The notes: generated from the letters alone by a model not told the origin. Shown: positions 50,504 to 61,449, counted from the first letter of the stretch. The stretch is DNA of 64,000 nucleotides from an uncultured Acidimicrobiia bacterium (GCA_963786955.1 CAWBAT010000004.1:704001-768000), one strand, 5' to 3'. Numbers and translations are program-made.

Positions 50504-50599
50504 TAAGCAGGATGTTTATGCCTGTGGATGTTTCATTGGTACCCGCTCATCTGAAGTTCGCAAGATGAAACGAAGACTCCGGGCTACGCGCATCCGAAG

Positions 50600-51349
50600 A
50601 TGGCAACTTGGTGGAGAACTCGTTCCAACTTAGGTTTTGAACACTTGATTCGAATATTCAAACACTCATTTTTCTGCCTTATATTTCTGCTCCCGGAGGC
50701 CATTTCCCCCGCGCCTTCCTTACTCAGCTTGAGAGGGGAAGTGATGGCAGAATCTACGCGATTTCTTCATCGCGGCCATCTCCGTCTGACGAACGTGACC
50801 TGTGTGAGTTGCCACACACAAACCCGCGAGAGTCTTGAGCCAACTGATTTTTCCGTCCCTTCAAGCGCCCTCTGCGCAAGCTGCCACGACGGACAGAAAA
50901 CAAATAAGCTGAAGATGCCAGTGAGTTTTTCTTCCAGACGTGACTCGCCAACGAAGCTCCGCTTTAGTCACAAGCTACATCTGGCACTCGGGAACATAGC
51001 CCCGGCTATCCAGGCGGCTGTGGAAAGTAATCAATATCTTGGTCCTGTTGACGGCCTGAAAGAGTCATTATCCGCAGCCAATGAATGTCTAGCCTGCCAC
51101 CGGGGCTTGTCGGAGATTGACGAGAAAAATACCGCCCCTCAGCCACAGATGGCGGACTGCCTTGTGTGCCACGCCGCGATTGAACCTCCGTTCAGTTGCG
51201 AACTTTGCCATCCAAACGATGCGACACTCAAACCAGCCACCCATAACACCGACTTTATGGACACTCATTCCAGCCAGATTGCCACTCTGGATCGCTCAAC
51301 CTGCAAAGTGTGTCATGGAGTGAAATTCCGCTGCAAAGGTTGTCATTAG
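50600..51349 (+). CDS. Multiheme cytochrome c (7 CxxCH motifs, c3/c7-like)
   Basis: CVSCH, CASCH, CLACH, CLVCH, CELCH, CKVCH, CKGCH plus F.H..H distal-His motifs. Confidence 0.9.
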   Translation: MATWWRTRSNLGFEHLIRIFKHSFFCLIFLLPEAISPAPSLLSLRGEVMAESTRFLHRGHLRLTNVTCVSCHTQTRESLEPTDFSVPSSALCASCHDGQKTNKLKMPVSFSSRRDSPTKLRFSHKLHLALGNIAPAIQAAVESNQYLGPVDGLKESLSAANECLACHRGLSEIDEKNTAPQPQMADCLVCHAAIEPPFSCELCHPNDATLKPATHNTDFMDTHSSQIATLDRSTCKVCHGVKFRCKGCH

Positions 51350-51419
51350 TGGTTGACTCCGGGCTGCAAAAAGGTGGTAGGAGGATGTCCCGGGTGTATG
51401 CGAGGCTGTGTTTCCTACG

Positions 51420-51641
51420 GCGGGATACCCCCCTGCGCCTTCGGCGCTCTCCCCCCTTGATAAGGGGGAATTTTAGAGTCACTGCCTACCTCACCCGCAG
51501 CCCCTCTTCACACGTTAGGGAGAGGGGAGCCGAAGGCGCGCAAGGTCCTCAGCAAATCCCCACTCGGTAGGCTGGGTCACCCTACATGGCGTCCAATTCA
51601 TAGATAACCAAGAGCGCCGCGTGTGGGCACGCGGCCTACAA
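51420..51641. repeat. Intergenic cluster of degenerate REP-like palindromes
   Basis: CCCCCTTGATAAGGGGG, CCCCTCT..AGAGGGG, and GCCGCGTGTGGGCACGCGGCCTAC (same REP as inside the 127-bp MITE). Confidence 0.55.
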
Positions 51642-51742
51642 TAGAGTCTGACACACAGACCCACCCCTGCAACCCGTCGGAGGAGCTGACGTCTTGCAAC
51701 AAAGCGAAACCGGCCAATGAACGATCTAACTATGGCTTTAGC

Positions 51743-52363
51743 TTATCTGGAAGGAGCCAGGTCGAGGTACTGCTGGATGCGGGACTTTACATTGTCCGAC
51801 AAAAGGATGTCGCGGATCACCGCCAACGAATCGATTCCCAGTTCGTATAGCCCGGCAGCATTTTCGATAGTAATTCCCCCAATGGCAACGAGGGGCTTGG
51901 TAACTTGGGATCGGATAGCTTTTAATTCCTCTCGAGAAACAATCGGATCGGGGTTTTGCTTGCTTGTGGTTGGATAGACCGGACCAATAGCCACATAGTC
52001 TGCTGTGCTCCGTTGAGCCTCCAGCGCTTGTTTCAGGTTATGCGTTGACACTCCGACAACCTTGTTACGACCCAGCAATTTTCTAGCTTCTTCGACCGGG
52101 AGGTCGTTCTGCCCGACATGAACGCCATCCGCGTCGGTCAACAGTGCAATATCTACCCGGTCATTGATGATGGAAGTTAGTCGATATTGACGACAGAGGG
52201 ATACCAAAGACTGAGCGGTCTCGAAGAAAGCCTTGGAGCTGGCTGTTTTTTCACGCAGCTGTACCCAACCTACGCCGGCTTTGGCAAAAATTTCGAGAAG
52301 AGGTTCCACTGGCTTCGAAGCGAAGGGTGAATCCAGGATGATGTACAGGGGAGGAGGAGACAC
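51743..52363 (-). CDS. thiE: Thiamine-phosphate synthase
   Basis: VQLREK, INDRVD, GVHVGQND, GVSTH, GPVYPTTSK, AIGGI. Confidence 0.93.
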   Translation of the reverse strand: MSPPPLYIILDSPFASKPVEPLLEIFAKAGVGWVQLREKTASSKAFFETAQSLVSLCRQYRLTSIINDRVDIALLTDADGVHVGQNDLPVEEARKLLGRNKVVGVSTHNLKQALEAQRSTADYVAIGPVYPTTSKQNPDPIVSREELKAIRSQVTKPLVAIGGITIENAAGLYELGIDSLAVIRDILLSDNVKSRIQQYLDLAPSR

Positions 52364-52561
52364 AAAGGCTCTCCAATCGACCTAAATTGAATACTTTGGA
52401 GGATCTCGTCAGCGCTCGGAAAGCAGCTGACCCTCGGGAAAACCCCAGGCGTTAAAGTCTCTTACACCTGCTCGGAAATAATATGCAGACCAGAGGCAGC
52501 CAAAGCCTGCGATTCCACTCTTAGTTTGCCTCTCCCAAGAGCAGAATGGAAAGTCGAGCCC

Positions 52562-53896
52562 TTATTTGAGAAATCGTTCCATGAAGTGCGTATCGATCTT
52601 TCCTTCCTGAAAATCGAGGTCTTGAATGATCCGCTGGTGGAGAGGAATGGTGGTTTGTATCCCTTCAATGATAAACATTTCCAAAGCACGTTCCATTTTT
52701 CGGATGGCCTCGGCCCGCGTATGGTCATGGACGACCAGCTTGGCAATGAGCGAATCATAATAAGGAGGGATTGTGCATTCTGCATAGGCCGCCGTTTCCA
52801 CCCGAACTCCAGTGCCACCGGGGACATGGAATGAGGTGATCTTCCCTGGTGAAGGCACCATCGTGAACGGATTTTCCGCGTTGATGCGGCATTCGATGCT
52901 ATGGCCGCGCAACTTGAGGTTTCCTTCATACCGCAAGGGCTCTCCGGCAGCCACCAGAATTTGGAGCTTAACAAGATCGATGCCAGTGACCATTTCCGTG
53001 ACGGGATGCTCTACCTGGATGCGGGTATTCATCTCCATAAAATAGAAATGGCCCTTCTCATCCATTAGAAATTCCATGGTTCCAGCGTTGGAATACCCGA
53101 TGTAGGAGAGCGCTTTTTCGATCCGGTCGCCCATTTCATGACGGACCGTCTCACTGATCGCCAGCGAAGGGGACTCTTCCAATAGTTTCTGATGGCGCCG
53201 TTGAATCGTGCATTCCCGTTCGCCAAAATGGATTACCCTGCCGTAATTGTCGCCGACCACCTGGAATTCGATATGACGGGGCCGCTCGAGATATTTTTCC
53301 AGATAGAGGTCCGGAACGCTAAAGGCAGACTGAGCCTCCTGTTGCGCCGTTGAAAAAGCCTTTTCCAATTCTTGCAGGCTTCTCACAATGCGCATTCCTC
53401 GCCCCCCTCCTCCGGCAGACGCTTTCAGAATGACAGGATACCCCACTTCATCCGCAAACTTCTCGGCTTGCTGGATGGAATGGATGACCCCATTGCTGCC
53501 AGGAAGAATCGCCAGCCCAGCCTTCTCCATGGTCGCCAACGCCCTCGACTTATCTCCCATCAGCCGAATGACATTGGAGGAAGGTCCGATAAACTTAATA
53601 TGGCAGGTTTCACAAACTTCAGCGAAATAGGCATTCTCGGAGAGAAAGCCGTAGCCCGGATGTATGGCATCGACATTCGTGATCTCAGCGGCGCTGATGA
53701 CACTGGGTATCTTAAGGTAGCTCTCCCGGCTTCTAGGCGGGCCAATACAGACAGCCTCGTCAGCAAAGCGGACGTGTAAAGAGTTCCGATCCGCCTCGGA
53801 GAATACGGCCACCGTCTTGATGCCGAGTTCCTTACAGGCGCAAATGATCCGCAGAGCGATCTCGCCCCGATTTGCGACAAGGATTTTTTTGAACAT
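52562..53896 (-). CDS. accC: Acetyl-CoA carboxylase biotin carboxylase
   Basis: [42 protein letters not shown]. Confidence 0.97.
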   Translation of the reverse strand: MFKKILVANRGEIALRIICACKELGIKTVAVFSEADRNSLHVRFADEAVCIGPPRSRESYLKIPSVISAAEITNVDAIHPGYGFLSENAYFAEVCETCHIKFIGPSSNVIRLMGDKSRALATMEKAGLAILPGSNGVIHSIQQAEKFADEVGYPVILKASAGGGGRGMRIVRSLQELEKAFSTAQQEAQSAFSVPDLYLEKYLERPRHIEFQVVGDNYGRVIHFGERECTIQRRHQKLLEESPSLAISETVRHEMGDRIEKALSYIGYSNAGTMEFLMDEKGHFYFMEMNTRIQVEHPVTEMVTGIDLVKLQILVAAGEPLRYEGNLKLRGHSIECRINAENPFTMVPSPGKITSFHVPGGTGVRVETAAYAECTIPPYYDSLIAKLVVHDHTRAEAIRKMERALEMFIIEGIQTTIPLHQRIIQDLDFQEGKIDTHFMERFLK

Positions 53897-53923
53897 GGAT
53901 GAAGAGAAATAATCCGTTAAAGG

Positions 53924-54409
53924 TCAGCTTTTTCTTGAAGCGCGAATCCCGAACATTGCTTGACCGAACTCGACTGATTCGGCATTTTCGACGTAGATCT
54001 TGACAATTTCTCCAGAAACTTCCGCTTCGATCTCATTCATCAACTTCATCGCCTCAATAATGCAGAGAACGCGGCCAGGTTCAACGGAGTCCCCTATTTT
54101 CACGAAAACGTCTGAATCCGGTTTGGGAGCGCGATAAAAAGTGCCAACGATCGGAGATCGGACGATGGTCAAATCCTCTTCCCCGCTTCCTGGAGGCGCA
54201 ACTGGAGGAAGGATTTCGGTTTGGACGGATGGCGCCGCGGCCACAACCGGAGCAATGGGCTGCGAACTGGCTGGAGGATAAGTATGGCCAACGACCGGGT
54301 TGGAATCCTTTCGGATTCTCACTCTTACGCCTGCCCGCTCAATCTCCAATTCGTTGATTCCAGATTGTGAGAAAGCATCAATGAGTTCTTTAATCTCTTT
54401 TATGTTCAT
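53924..54409 (-). CDS. accB: Biotin carboxyl carrier protein
   Basis: [17 protein letters not shown] biotinylation motif, Pro/Ala linker. Confidence 0.97.
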   Translation of the reverse strand: MNIKEIKELIDAFSQSGINELEIERAGVRVRIRKDSNPVVGHTYPPASSQPIAPVVAAAPSVQTEILPPVAPPGSGEEDLTIVRSPIVGTFYRAPKPDSDVFVKIGDSVEPGRVLCIIEAMKLMNEIEAEVSGEIVKIYVENAESVEFGQAMFGIRASRKS

Positions 54410-54568
54410 GAGTTCTCAAATCCCTTTTGACACTCACAAACCAAAGCAGTTCTGGTGTCGGTTCGACTTGAGGTAGGCTTCCGTTCAGGGGGCCACAACA
54501 AGGCGCCAGTATAGACATTCCAGGGGGAAATTACAAACTCTTTGCTGAACAGGGGGGTCTGGGTGTCT

Positions 54569-54928
54569 CTAGAAGACAAACTCTTTGGCGAGTAAATACT
54601 TGGCTTTCTTGAGTTCGAAGCGGGCTCTGCCGATGTTGCCGTCTCTGGCAAGTAGCAGGAGCAGGAAGTAGTCAGGGGTGATCATTCGAATGGTGATGAC
54701 CCGATCTTCTGTCGTTAGAATGTATTCCTCAAGCATTCCCAGGCCGACTTCCTGCGCTGAGGAAGAGGAGAGACGAAGCGCGGAAGTGTATTCGGCAGCC
54801 AGCGATTCCACATTGATGGTCTCATCCAAAATCCGCTTCTCAATGGCAATGCCATCCATCCCCATGATGACGGCAGCCAGTGTCCCTTCAACCTTATTCA
54901 CAATCGAATCCAGCAGTTCGGAAAACAT
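54569..54928 (-). CDS. Roadblock/LC7 domain protein
   Basis: IMGMDGIAI, GNIGRARFEL pattern. Confidence 0.85.
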   Translation of the reverse strand: MFSELLDSIVNKVEGTLAAVIMGMDGIAIEKRILDETINVESLAAEYTSALRLSSSSAQEVGLGMLEEYILTTEDRVITIRMITPDYFLLLLLARDGNIGRARFELKKAKYLLAKEFVF

Positions 54929-54949
54929 TGCCCTTTGGTTCCTCGGCGT

Positions 54950-57900
54950 CTAGAGAATTTTGGGTGACAGGAAGAAGATGAGTTCTTGCGTCTGCTTGTT
55001 CACAGACTTTTCCTTGAATAGGTATCCAATCACAGGAAGGCTACCAAAGCCAGGAACTTGTCTTACATTGGTTTGCTCGTTATCGATCATAACGCCGCCA
55101 ACAACCACAGTTCCTCCATTTGAAACGAGAACGGTGGTCTTAGTCTGCTGCGTGTTGACCGTTGGTACCCCTTGGACTTGTCGCGAGAAGTCTGGTGTGG
55201 AGTTTTCGATGTCCACCTTCATAATAATGGTCCCCTCATCGGTGATCTGGGGGGTCACTGTCAGTTTGAGGGCAAAATCAAAAAACTGCACGGACACCGT
55301 GTTATTGATGGTGGTCTGAACGGGGATTTTCACGCCCTGCTGGACAGAACCTTCGATGTTATCCTGGGTGATGATTTTGGGTTTTGAGAGTAATTTGGCG
55401 GAACCGTGTCGTTCGGCCGCTGTAATAATCGTATCGAGCAAGAATTTGTCCGTAATCCCGGCAAAGAAGGCCACCCCGCTAGTCGCGGCAACAGCTCCAA
55501 GATTGCTGAGCAATGGGATGGAATTCTGGGCACCGCCCGATTGACCTTGGCCAATCGATACACTTGGGGGAGGTTCGCGCCGGAAAGGGTTTCCGGGTAC
55601 TGCACCAGAAACGACATTTTTATCCCCATTCCCATAGATGGCTCCAATCTGAACACCAATATCACGCAAAAAATCACGCGTAGTGGCGATTACCCTGGCT
55701 TCAATTTCGACTTGCTTGATTTTCCTGTCCAGCTGTTTAATCAGGCTATCGACTCTTGGAAACGTCTGAGGGATGTCCGTTATGATCATGGAGTTCGTTC
55801 GGGGATCCACAATGATATCGCCGCGAGCTGACAACACCTTCTTGATAATGGCACTCAAATCGGCGGCTTTTGCATAACTCAGGATACGGGTCTCCGTCTG
55901 TAGCTCAGCAGCCACAACTCTTGCATCGGACAATCTTTTGCGCTGTGTTTCTTCCAGCTCAAGTGAATTATTGGCTGCGATTCGGAGCACATTCCCATCC
56001 AGTTGTTTTCCCAGGCCGTTATTCTTTAAGACCACGTCAAGTGCCTGATCCCACGGGACATCATTGAGGAAGATGGTAAGGGATCCTTTGACATCCGGAT
56101 CCAGAACAATATTCAGACCACTGATTTCGCCAATTAAGCGGAAAAAGTCCTTCAGATCCGCATCCTTCAACTCCAAAGAAATTAAGTCACCGGAATACTT
56201 TGGAACAACGGTCGGGGTCGGTGCTGAGATGACTTGGCCTGTCACTGTCTGTACAGGAAGAGGCATGGGACCGACGGGATTCGCGACAGGCGCCTGCACG
56301 GCTGCCGGAGTCGGCGCAGGGGTTGTCACGGGCACAGGAGGCTCCGCGTTCTGAAGCATAGCAACCGTTTGTGGTTGAATCGTGGAGGCGGGAAGATCCT
56401 GTTTCACGGTTACGGGGCGTACAACTTCAGGCTGCTTTTCCACAACTGGGGCGGATTGGAGGTTCGCGACAACCACAAGATCTTGCTTTGACGGGGCGGG
56501 CTGTCTATTTTCCGCATGTTGCTCCACGACCGGTTCGGACTGAGGTTTCGCAGAGTGCGTGTTTTGCTCCAGGTTTGTTTTAATAACGCTCTCCTCCGGC
56601 TTCAACGCAGCAACTTCCGACGCCTGAGTGTTGTTCACAGCCGGTGTCCGATCGTTACTCGCTGGTGTGGGATCTGCCACTGCCGCTAATTGGAGAGGGG
56701 AGGGAGGAGAAACCGGCTCAGCGACTTGTGTTTGAGCCTGCGCGAGCTCTGGAGTTTTAAACACCGAAGAGGCTTTAGCTTCATCGGATAACCCGGTCGT
56801 AGCGACCATCGTCGTGAGAGGGACTGGAGCGGATCCGTGGTTCCCGCTTCCTTGCACTGATTCGGGTGAAGGCGTTACGGCCGGAAGCAAGGGTGCAGGA
56901 TCGGGCTCGCGAGGCGGCACTGCTTCGATGATTTGTGGCTGAGAATCCAGAAGAGCCAAATCTGTTTTCAGGTTTCTGGGCTCAATTTCCGCTAGGCTAA
57001 TAGGTCCTTCCAGCACCGCAGCCGGTGACGCTAAAGGCTCCGGCAAGACGACTTTCTGTACTCCTACAAAATGCATTGTGTCAATCGCCTTGCTACTGTC
57101 AGCCCATTGCCCGTTCGGCACGAGAATTCCAGTGTCCGGGAGCTGAGTTTCCAGGCTTGCCAGTGCTTCGCTCTCAGATTGTTTCGTACCAGGCGCAGAA
57201 GGCTGTCCTGCCGAGGCCACCGTTGCCTGTTTATGAAATCGAATAACGAGGCCGCTGTCGGACGCTTCAATCGTATAAGGGTTCTTTCGAGAGACATCAA
57301 ATACGCAACGCACCAATTTGCCCTGTTGGGACTCGCCGTAGCCGAATCGGATCTTCTGAATGAGATCCGTTCGCAGCCGAAGAGATTGATGAGACACTTT
57401 AAATTCTGACCCTTCCACATCCACGACGATCCGATTGGGAGAATCGAGTTCGAAGTACTTGAACTCCGGTTTGGTTGTTGTTCGAAGGCTCAACGTCAAT
57501 TCCTGGTCATCTTCCAAAATACTCACATCCCGGGCCACGGCCTTCAGATCCTGGGAGGGAGAAGAATTTTCTTTGCTGGACTTAGCGGAAACCGATCCCG
57601 CTAATGGCGTCGCGGGGAGAGACGGTCGTAGAGAAGTCAGCACGAGACGAAGTTTCCCACGGTCAGCTTGGAGCGAGTATTGGATCGCGCGGGCCAGGTT
57701 AAATTCGATTCTCACCATCGGCTTCTGCCCTTCGCCGATCAGTGTCACGTTGGCAAAATCCACTTGTGCGGTCTTGAAATCGACAAAATTCCTTTCCAGC
57801 GAAGACTCCGCACTCAAGACATCCAGGATGAATAATCGTGGATTCGGGTAGTAGGAAGTATAGTCAAAAGCACGATCGGCAAGGATTTCGATGGTGGTCT

Positions 57901-58045
57901 GGTTGGTGTTTTCGGAAAATGTCAGGGCCTTTAAATGAGCAACCGCGCGTTCGCTACCGGCAGACTGCCCCCAAAAGGGTTGTGAACGAAAACCCAACAA
58001 TAACAATATGAGTAATAGCTGTCTAGGCAGTGATTTACTTCGCAT
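54950..58045 (-). CDS. pilQ: Type IV pilus secretin with AMIN domains and long Pro-rich linker
   Basis: P.RIVVD AMIN motifs, YSGDLISLELKDAD, VPWDQALD, QVEIEAR, ELIFFLSPKI; start 58045 after GAGGAG. Confidence 0.93.
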   Translation of the reverse strand: MRSKSLPRQLLLILLLLGFRSQPFWGQSAGSERAVAHLKALTFSENTNQTTIEILADRAFDYTSYYPNPRLFILDVLSAESSLERNFVDFKTAQVDFANVTLIGEGQKPMVRIEFNLARAIQYSLQADRGKLRLVLTSLRPSLPATPLAGSVSAKSSKENSSPSQDLKAVARDVSILEDDQELTLSLRTTTKPEFKYFELDSPNRIVVDVEGSEFKVSHQSLRLRTDLIQKIRFGYGESQQGKLVRCVFDVSRKNPYTIEASDSGLVIRFHKQATVASAGQPSAPGTKQSESEALASLETQLPDTGILVPNGQWADSSKAIDTMHFVGVQKVVLPEPLASPAAVLEGPISLAEIEPRNLKTDLALLDSQPQIIEAVPPREPDPAPLLPAVTPSPESVQGSGNHGSAPVPLTTMVATTGLSDEAKASSVFKTPELAQAQTQVAEPVSPPSPLQLAAVADPTPASNDRTPAVNNTQASEVAALKPEESVIKTNLEQNTHSAKPQSEPVVEQHAENRQPAPSKQDLVVVANLQSAPVVEKQPEVVRPVTVKQDLPASTIQPQTVAMLQNAEPPVPVTTPAPTPAAVQAPVANPVGPMPLPVQTVTGQVISAPTPTVVPKYSGDLISLELKDADLKDFFRLIGEISGLNIVLDPDVKGSLTIFLNDVPWDQALDVVLKNNGLGKQLDGNVLRIAANNSLELEETQRKRLSDARVVAAELQTETRILSYAKAADLSAIIKKVLSARGDIIVDPRTNSMIITDIPQTFPRVDSLIKQLDRKIKQVEIEARVIATTRDFLRDIGVQIGAIYGNGDKNVVSGAVPGNPFRREPPPSVSIGQGQSGGAQNSIPLLSNLGAVAATSGVAFFAGITDKFLLDTIITAAERHGSAKLLSKPKIITQDNIEGSVQQGVKIPVQTTINNTVSVQFFDFALKLTVTPQITDEGTIIMKVDIENSTPDFSRQVQGVPTVNTQQTKTTVLVSNGGTVVVGGVMIDNEQTNVRQVPGFGSLPVIGYLFKEKSVNKQTQELIFFLSPKIL

Positions 58046-58580
58046 CTGTTCCTTCTCCTCGAGTCGGGTATAGCTTTTTGACGATCTGCTGGGTGACCTT
58101 CTTGCCATGGCTGTCCGTAAGATATTGGTTCATAATCACCGTATCATTTCGGATTTCGACCACCTTGCCGTCATAGAGATCATCGTTAAGATGGATGAAA
58201 AAGGTCTTGCCATGAAAGCCGGTGGACAGGGCCGTATAGACGCCTTTTTTTTTCACAATACCGACCAGGGTAATTTCCGAAACCAGCTGCCCCTTAAGCC
58301 CGGGTGGACGAACAATGGGAACACTGGCTGCTTGCACCGACGCCACTACATCCAAATTCCGAAAAGGATCACGTCTCCCTTTTGCTTCATATTTGTAATT
58401 CATTGAAGGGGCTTCTTGTGCCGCAGGAGCCGGGACTGGCGCTGCGGAGACAGCCGGTGAAGGGCCGGCTTCCTTGACACTTTTAGACGACGGTTCAGAG
58501 TGTTGGGCCTGGGCGAACGGGCTGATCCAGAGGAAAACCACCCATACCATCAGACTGAGACGTAAATTCTTTCCGTTCAT
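58035..58580 (-). CDS. pilP: Type IV pilus assembly protein PilP
   Basis: GRRDPF motif; position between pilO and pilQ. Confidence 0.8.
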   Translation of the reverse strand: MNGKNLRLSLMVWVVFLWISPFAQAQHSEPSSKSVKEAGPSPAVSAAPVPAPAAQEAPSMNYKYEAKGRRDPFRNLDVVASVQAASVPIVRPPGLKGQLVSEITLVGIVKKKGVYTALSTGFHGKTFFIHLNDDLYDGKVVEIRNDTVIMNQYLTDSHGKKVTQQIVKKLYPTRGEGTDAK

Positions 58581-59194
58581 TTCTTCACTTTGGGAGCCAA
58601 CTTTTGAGCCCCGTCTCCAATATCTCTTTCTTCGTTGTAAACAAACGTTGTCGCTAAGCAGGTTGCCGTAATCGTTTGATTCGGCAGCTGTTTTTTGTTT
58701 TCATTGATCTTCACATCGGAAACATTCACGATTCGCGAAAACTTGCTTAACTTGTCAAAAAATACGCCCAGGCTGTGATAACTCCCTTCCACCTCAATGT
58801 TAATGGGCCACTCTGAAAAAAAATCTTTCTGCGCCACTGGAAGCGGTTGGAATTTCTTGATCACGAGATTCGATGCAACCGCACTTTCTTGAACTTGCCG
58901 GAGTAACTGGTCCGTCTGCTTGGCTTCGGGCAAGATGATTTTGAGAGTAGAGAGCTTGTTGAGCAGTTGTTTGTTCTGGGTCAAAAACTCCTGGTGTTTC
59001 TGCTCTACCGCCTGACCCTTCTGTATATCTACTTTCAGACCATCCAGCTGTCCCTCTTTAATCTTGATTTGCTGGTCGAGCCCCGAGATAAAGAAATACC
59101 AACCCATGCCCGCAATGATAATCCCAAAGATCGAGAATATGCCGAGTTGGGTATACCAGGGAATGTTGTTAAATCTTTTAAGGTCGAAGTCCAT
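58577..59194 (-). CDS. pilO: Type IV pilus assembly protein PilO
   Basis: TM, coiled coil, LP, GSYH.LG.FFD..SK.SRIVN. Confidence 0.9.
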   Translation of the reverse strand: MDFDLKRFNNIPWYTQLGIFSIFGIIIAGMGWYFFISGLDQQIKIKEGQLDGLKVDIQKGQAVEQKHQEFLTQNKQLLNKLSTLKIILPEAKQTDQLLRQVQESAVASNLVIKKFQPLPVAQKDFFSEWPINIEVEGSYHSLGVFFDKLSKFSRIVNVSDVKINENKKQLPNQTITATCLATTFVYNEERDIGDGAQKLAPKVKK

Positions 59195-59221
59195 GATGCC
59201 CCAAATTCATGAGTTCAGAAT

Positions 59222-59809
59222 TCAAGAAGTGGCTGGCAAGCTTCCGGCCATCAAGTCGCCTTCAAACGTAATCGAAAAAGTATAATGGCGATTGTCTTCC
59301 AAGAGGTTAACCAAGTTCACATTTCTAAAATTACCTACCCGGACCAAGTTAGTCATGAAGTCCGCGATGTTATCCGGAGACCCTACGGCCGTGCCATTGA
59401 TCGTAATCGTGTTGTCTTTCTGAGTTAATTCTCTTAACCAGACTCCCTCCGATTGCTGGATACAATCGCTGAGGACATCCAGCACCCGAACGGGCCCGGA
59501 CTGATTTTTTTTCAAAGATTCGATCACATTGATGCGGGTTTCCAATAATTTGCGGCGTTTTTCGAAGGCTTCATTTTCCTTCAGCAACCCTTCCTGGCGA
59601 ACTTTTTCCTTTTTCGCCTGGACGATTTGCCGGCTAACGTCTTCTTCCTGTTTGACCAATGCCCGCTCCCAGAAAAAGACAATCCCGACGGAAATCACCA
59701 CCACGGATATAGCCATGATCAACTGAATGGCCTGGTTGGAAGCCGAGCGAATCTTTTTCGCTTTAACGGCTTTGACTTTTCCCCTGCCCAACAAGTTGAT
59801 GCGAATCAT
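59222..59809 (-). CDS. pilN: Type IV pilus assembly protein PilN
   Basis: MIRINLL N-terminus, TM, coiled coil, GVWL. Confidence 0.9.
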   Translation of the reverse strand: MIRINLLGRGKVKAVKAKKIRSASNQAIQLIMAISVVVISVGIVFFWERALVKQEEDVSRQIVQAKKEKVRQEGLLKENEAFEKRRKLLETRINVIESLKKNQSGPVRVLDVLSDCIQQSEGVWLRELTQKDNTITINGTAVGSPDNIADFMTNLVRVGNFRNVNLVNLLEDNRHYTFSITFEGDLMAGSLPATS

Positions 59810-60861
59810 TAGTGAACAAAGCTCCTTAGCGCAAGTCCAACAGCCACCGCCATACTGGGAGAAATCTCATCGAGATAACTCATATCGATTCCCTTGCCGA
59901 TGGCAATATTTTTGAACGGATCGAGCAATTCGACTGGCACGTTGAGCCGGCTTTGAACCATTTCCACAAAGCCGGAAACCTTGGCGCAGCCTCCGCTGAG
60001 ATAGACCCGCTGTAGTTGTTCCCCCACGGTTGTCGCCCGAAAGAAATCAAAGGTCTTTTGAATCTCGAGGAGAAGGACCTCCGAGACCGACTCAATCATC
60101 AAGGCGACGTTCGCACTCAGAACTCCCTCAATGGATTTTCCCTTCTTGACCTCCTCAGCCTCTTCAAAACTCAAGTTCATTTCTTTTTGGAGGGCGTCGG
60201 TGAATTGATTTCCACCCACTGAAACATCTCGAGAGAACAGCGGCGTGCCCCCTTTTGTGACCACGATGTTCATAATGCTGGCGCCGATATTCAGTAACGC
60301 AATCGTCGCATTGGGCGCCGGGTGGTAATTCGCTTCAAAGGCATTTTGAACTGCAAAAGCATCGATGTCGACCACGAGCGGAACCTTCCCGGCCTGCGTG
60401 ATGACGTTGGTGTGGTTGAGAATCTTGTCCTTCTTGACAGCGACAAGCAAAACGTCCGTTGTGGATGAGGAACCCTGTGCATCCATCACTTGGTAATCCA
60501 GATTGACGTCGGCAATGTCAAATGGAATGTGCTGCTCCGCTTCCCATTGGATGGACTCTTCCATCTCCTCTTCCGTCATGGCGGGCAGAGAGATCTTCTT
60601 GACAATCACCGAGTGGCCTGAAACCGAAGTGGCTACAGTCCTGGTTTTGATTTTCTTATCCACGAAAATTTTGGTGATGGAGTCCGAAACCGATAGGGCA
60701 TCCATGATCGCACCATCGACAACCGTATCCGATGCCAGTGGCTCAAGCCCCGCATGCAGCAGTTCGTAACCGCTTTTCACCTTGCGCAGTTCAACCGCTT
60801 TCACTGAACTCGACCCGATGTCCAACCCTACGAGTGGTTTCTGTCTGGAAAAAAGTTGCAC
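59809..60861 (-). CDS. pilM: Type IV pilus assembly protein PilM
   Basis: VGLDIGSSSVK, WEAEQHIPF, LSGG, VAVGLALR. Confidence 0.93.
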   Translation of the reverse strand: MQLFSRQKPLVGLDIGSSSVKAVELRKVKSGYELLHAGLEPLASDTVVDGAIMDALSVSDSITKIFVDKKIKTRTVATSVSGHSVIVKKISLPAMTEEEMEESIQWEAEQHIPFDIADVNLDYQVMDAQGSSSTTDVLLVAVKKDKILNHTNVITQAGKVPLVVDIDAFAVQNAFEANYHPAPNATIALLNIGASIMNIVVTKGGTPLFSRDVSVGGNQFTDALQKEMNLSFEEAEEVKKGKSIEGVLSANVALMIESVSEVLLLEIQKTFDFFRATTVGEQLQRVYLSGGCAKVSGFVEMVQSRLNVPVELLDPFKNIAIGKGIDMSYLDEISPSMAVAVGLALRSFVH

Positions 60862-60914
60862 GCGCTTACACCTAACACCTTGAGATCAAAACTACTTTAT
60901 CGAAACTCGTGGCC

Positions 60915-61118
60915 TCAAACTTTACTCCGCTCAAAAGTGAATTTCTTGCTTTTGAGTTCCATCCATTCGTCGAGAACTGTTTTCTTAAAACGCCAGCGAT
61001 TTCCTAGCTTGAAAGCAGGTATTCGATCCATGGATACATATTTGTAAAGAGTGTCCGGGGTAATACCTAAATACTGGGAGGCCTCCCGGACGTTCATGAC
61101 TTCTTTATGTTGGGCCAT
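60915..61118 (-). CDS. Excisionase-like (HTH_17) DNA-binding protein
   Basis: MNVREASQYLGI...IPAFKLGNRWRF; co-oriented ahead of pilM. Confidence 0.85.
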   Translation of the reverse strand: MAQHKEVMNVREASQYLGITPDTLYKYVSMDRIPAFKLGNRWRFKKTVLDEWMELKSKKFTFERSKV

Positions 61119-61449
61119 ATCCTTATCCCCAAACTCCGGATTTGTCCCCTTTATCGGCAAACTTTTTCAGGACATTAGTATACATATATTAGATTGTCAA
61201 CCCACTTATTTGGGGTATCTTACCGTTTTCTTGGATCAAGCTCCCGTGCACTGGATCTGCAACCAGTGACTGATTTGCTGCAAATCATTTCAAGGAAAGC
61301 TGCGGGATGCGGTTCCCCGGATGGGCCTCGCGATGACCTTTTCACAGCCCGATAGAATGCTCTGTGGTATCCGATGGAGAAGGTTTTTCTGTTTGACAGA
61401 TGCTACGGGTGGATTGTAAGTTCACTTTTCCTTCTTTGAGGATTTTAAA

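Noticed and set aside
60915-61118. Prophage or ICE excisionase
   Set aside because: No integrase, att site or phage genes; it sits as the lead gene of the pil operon.
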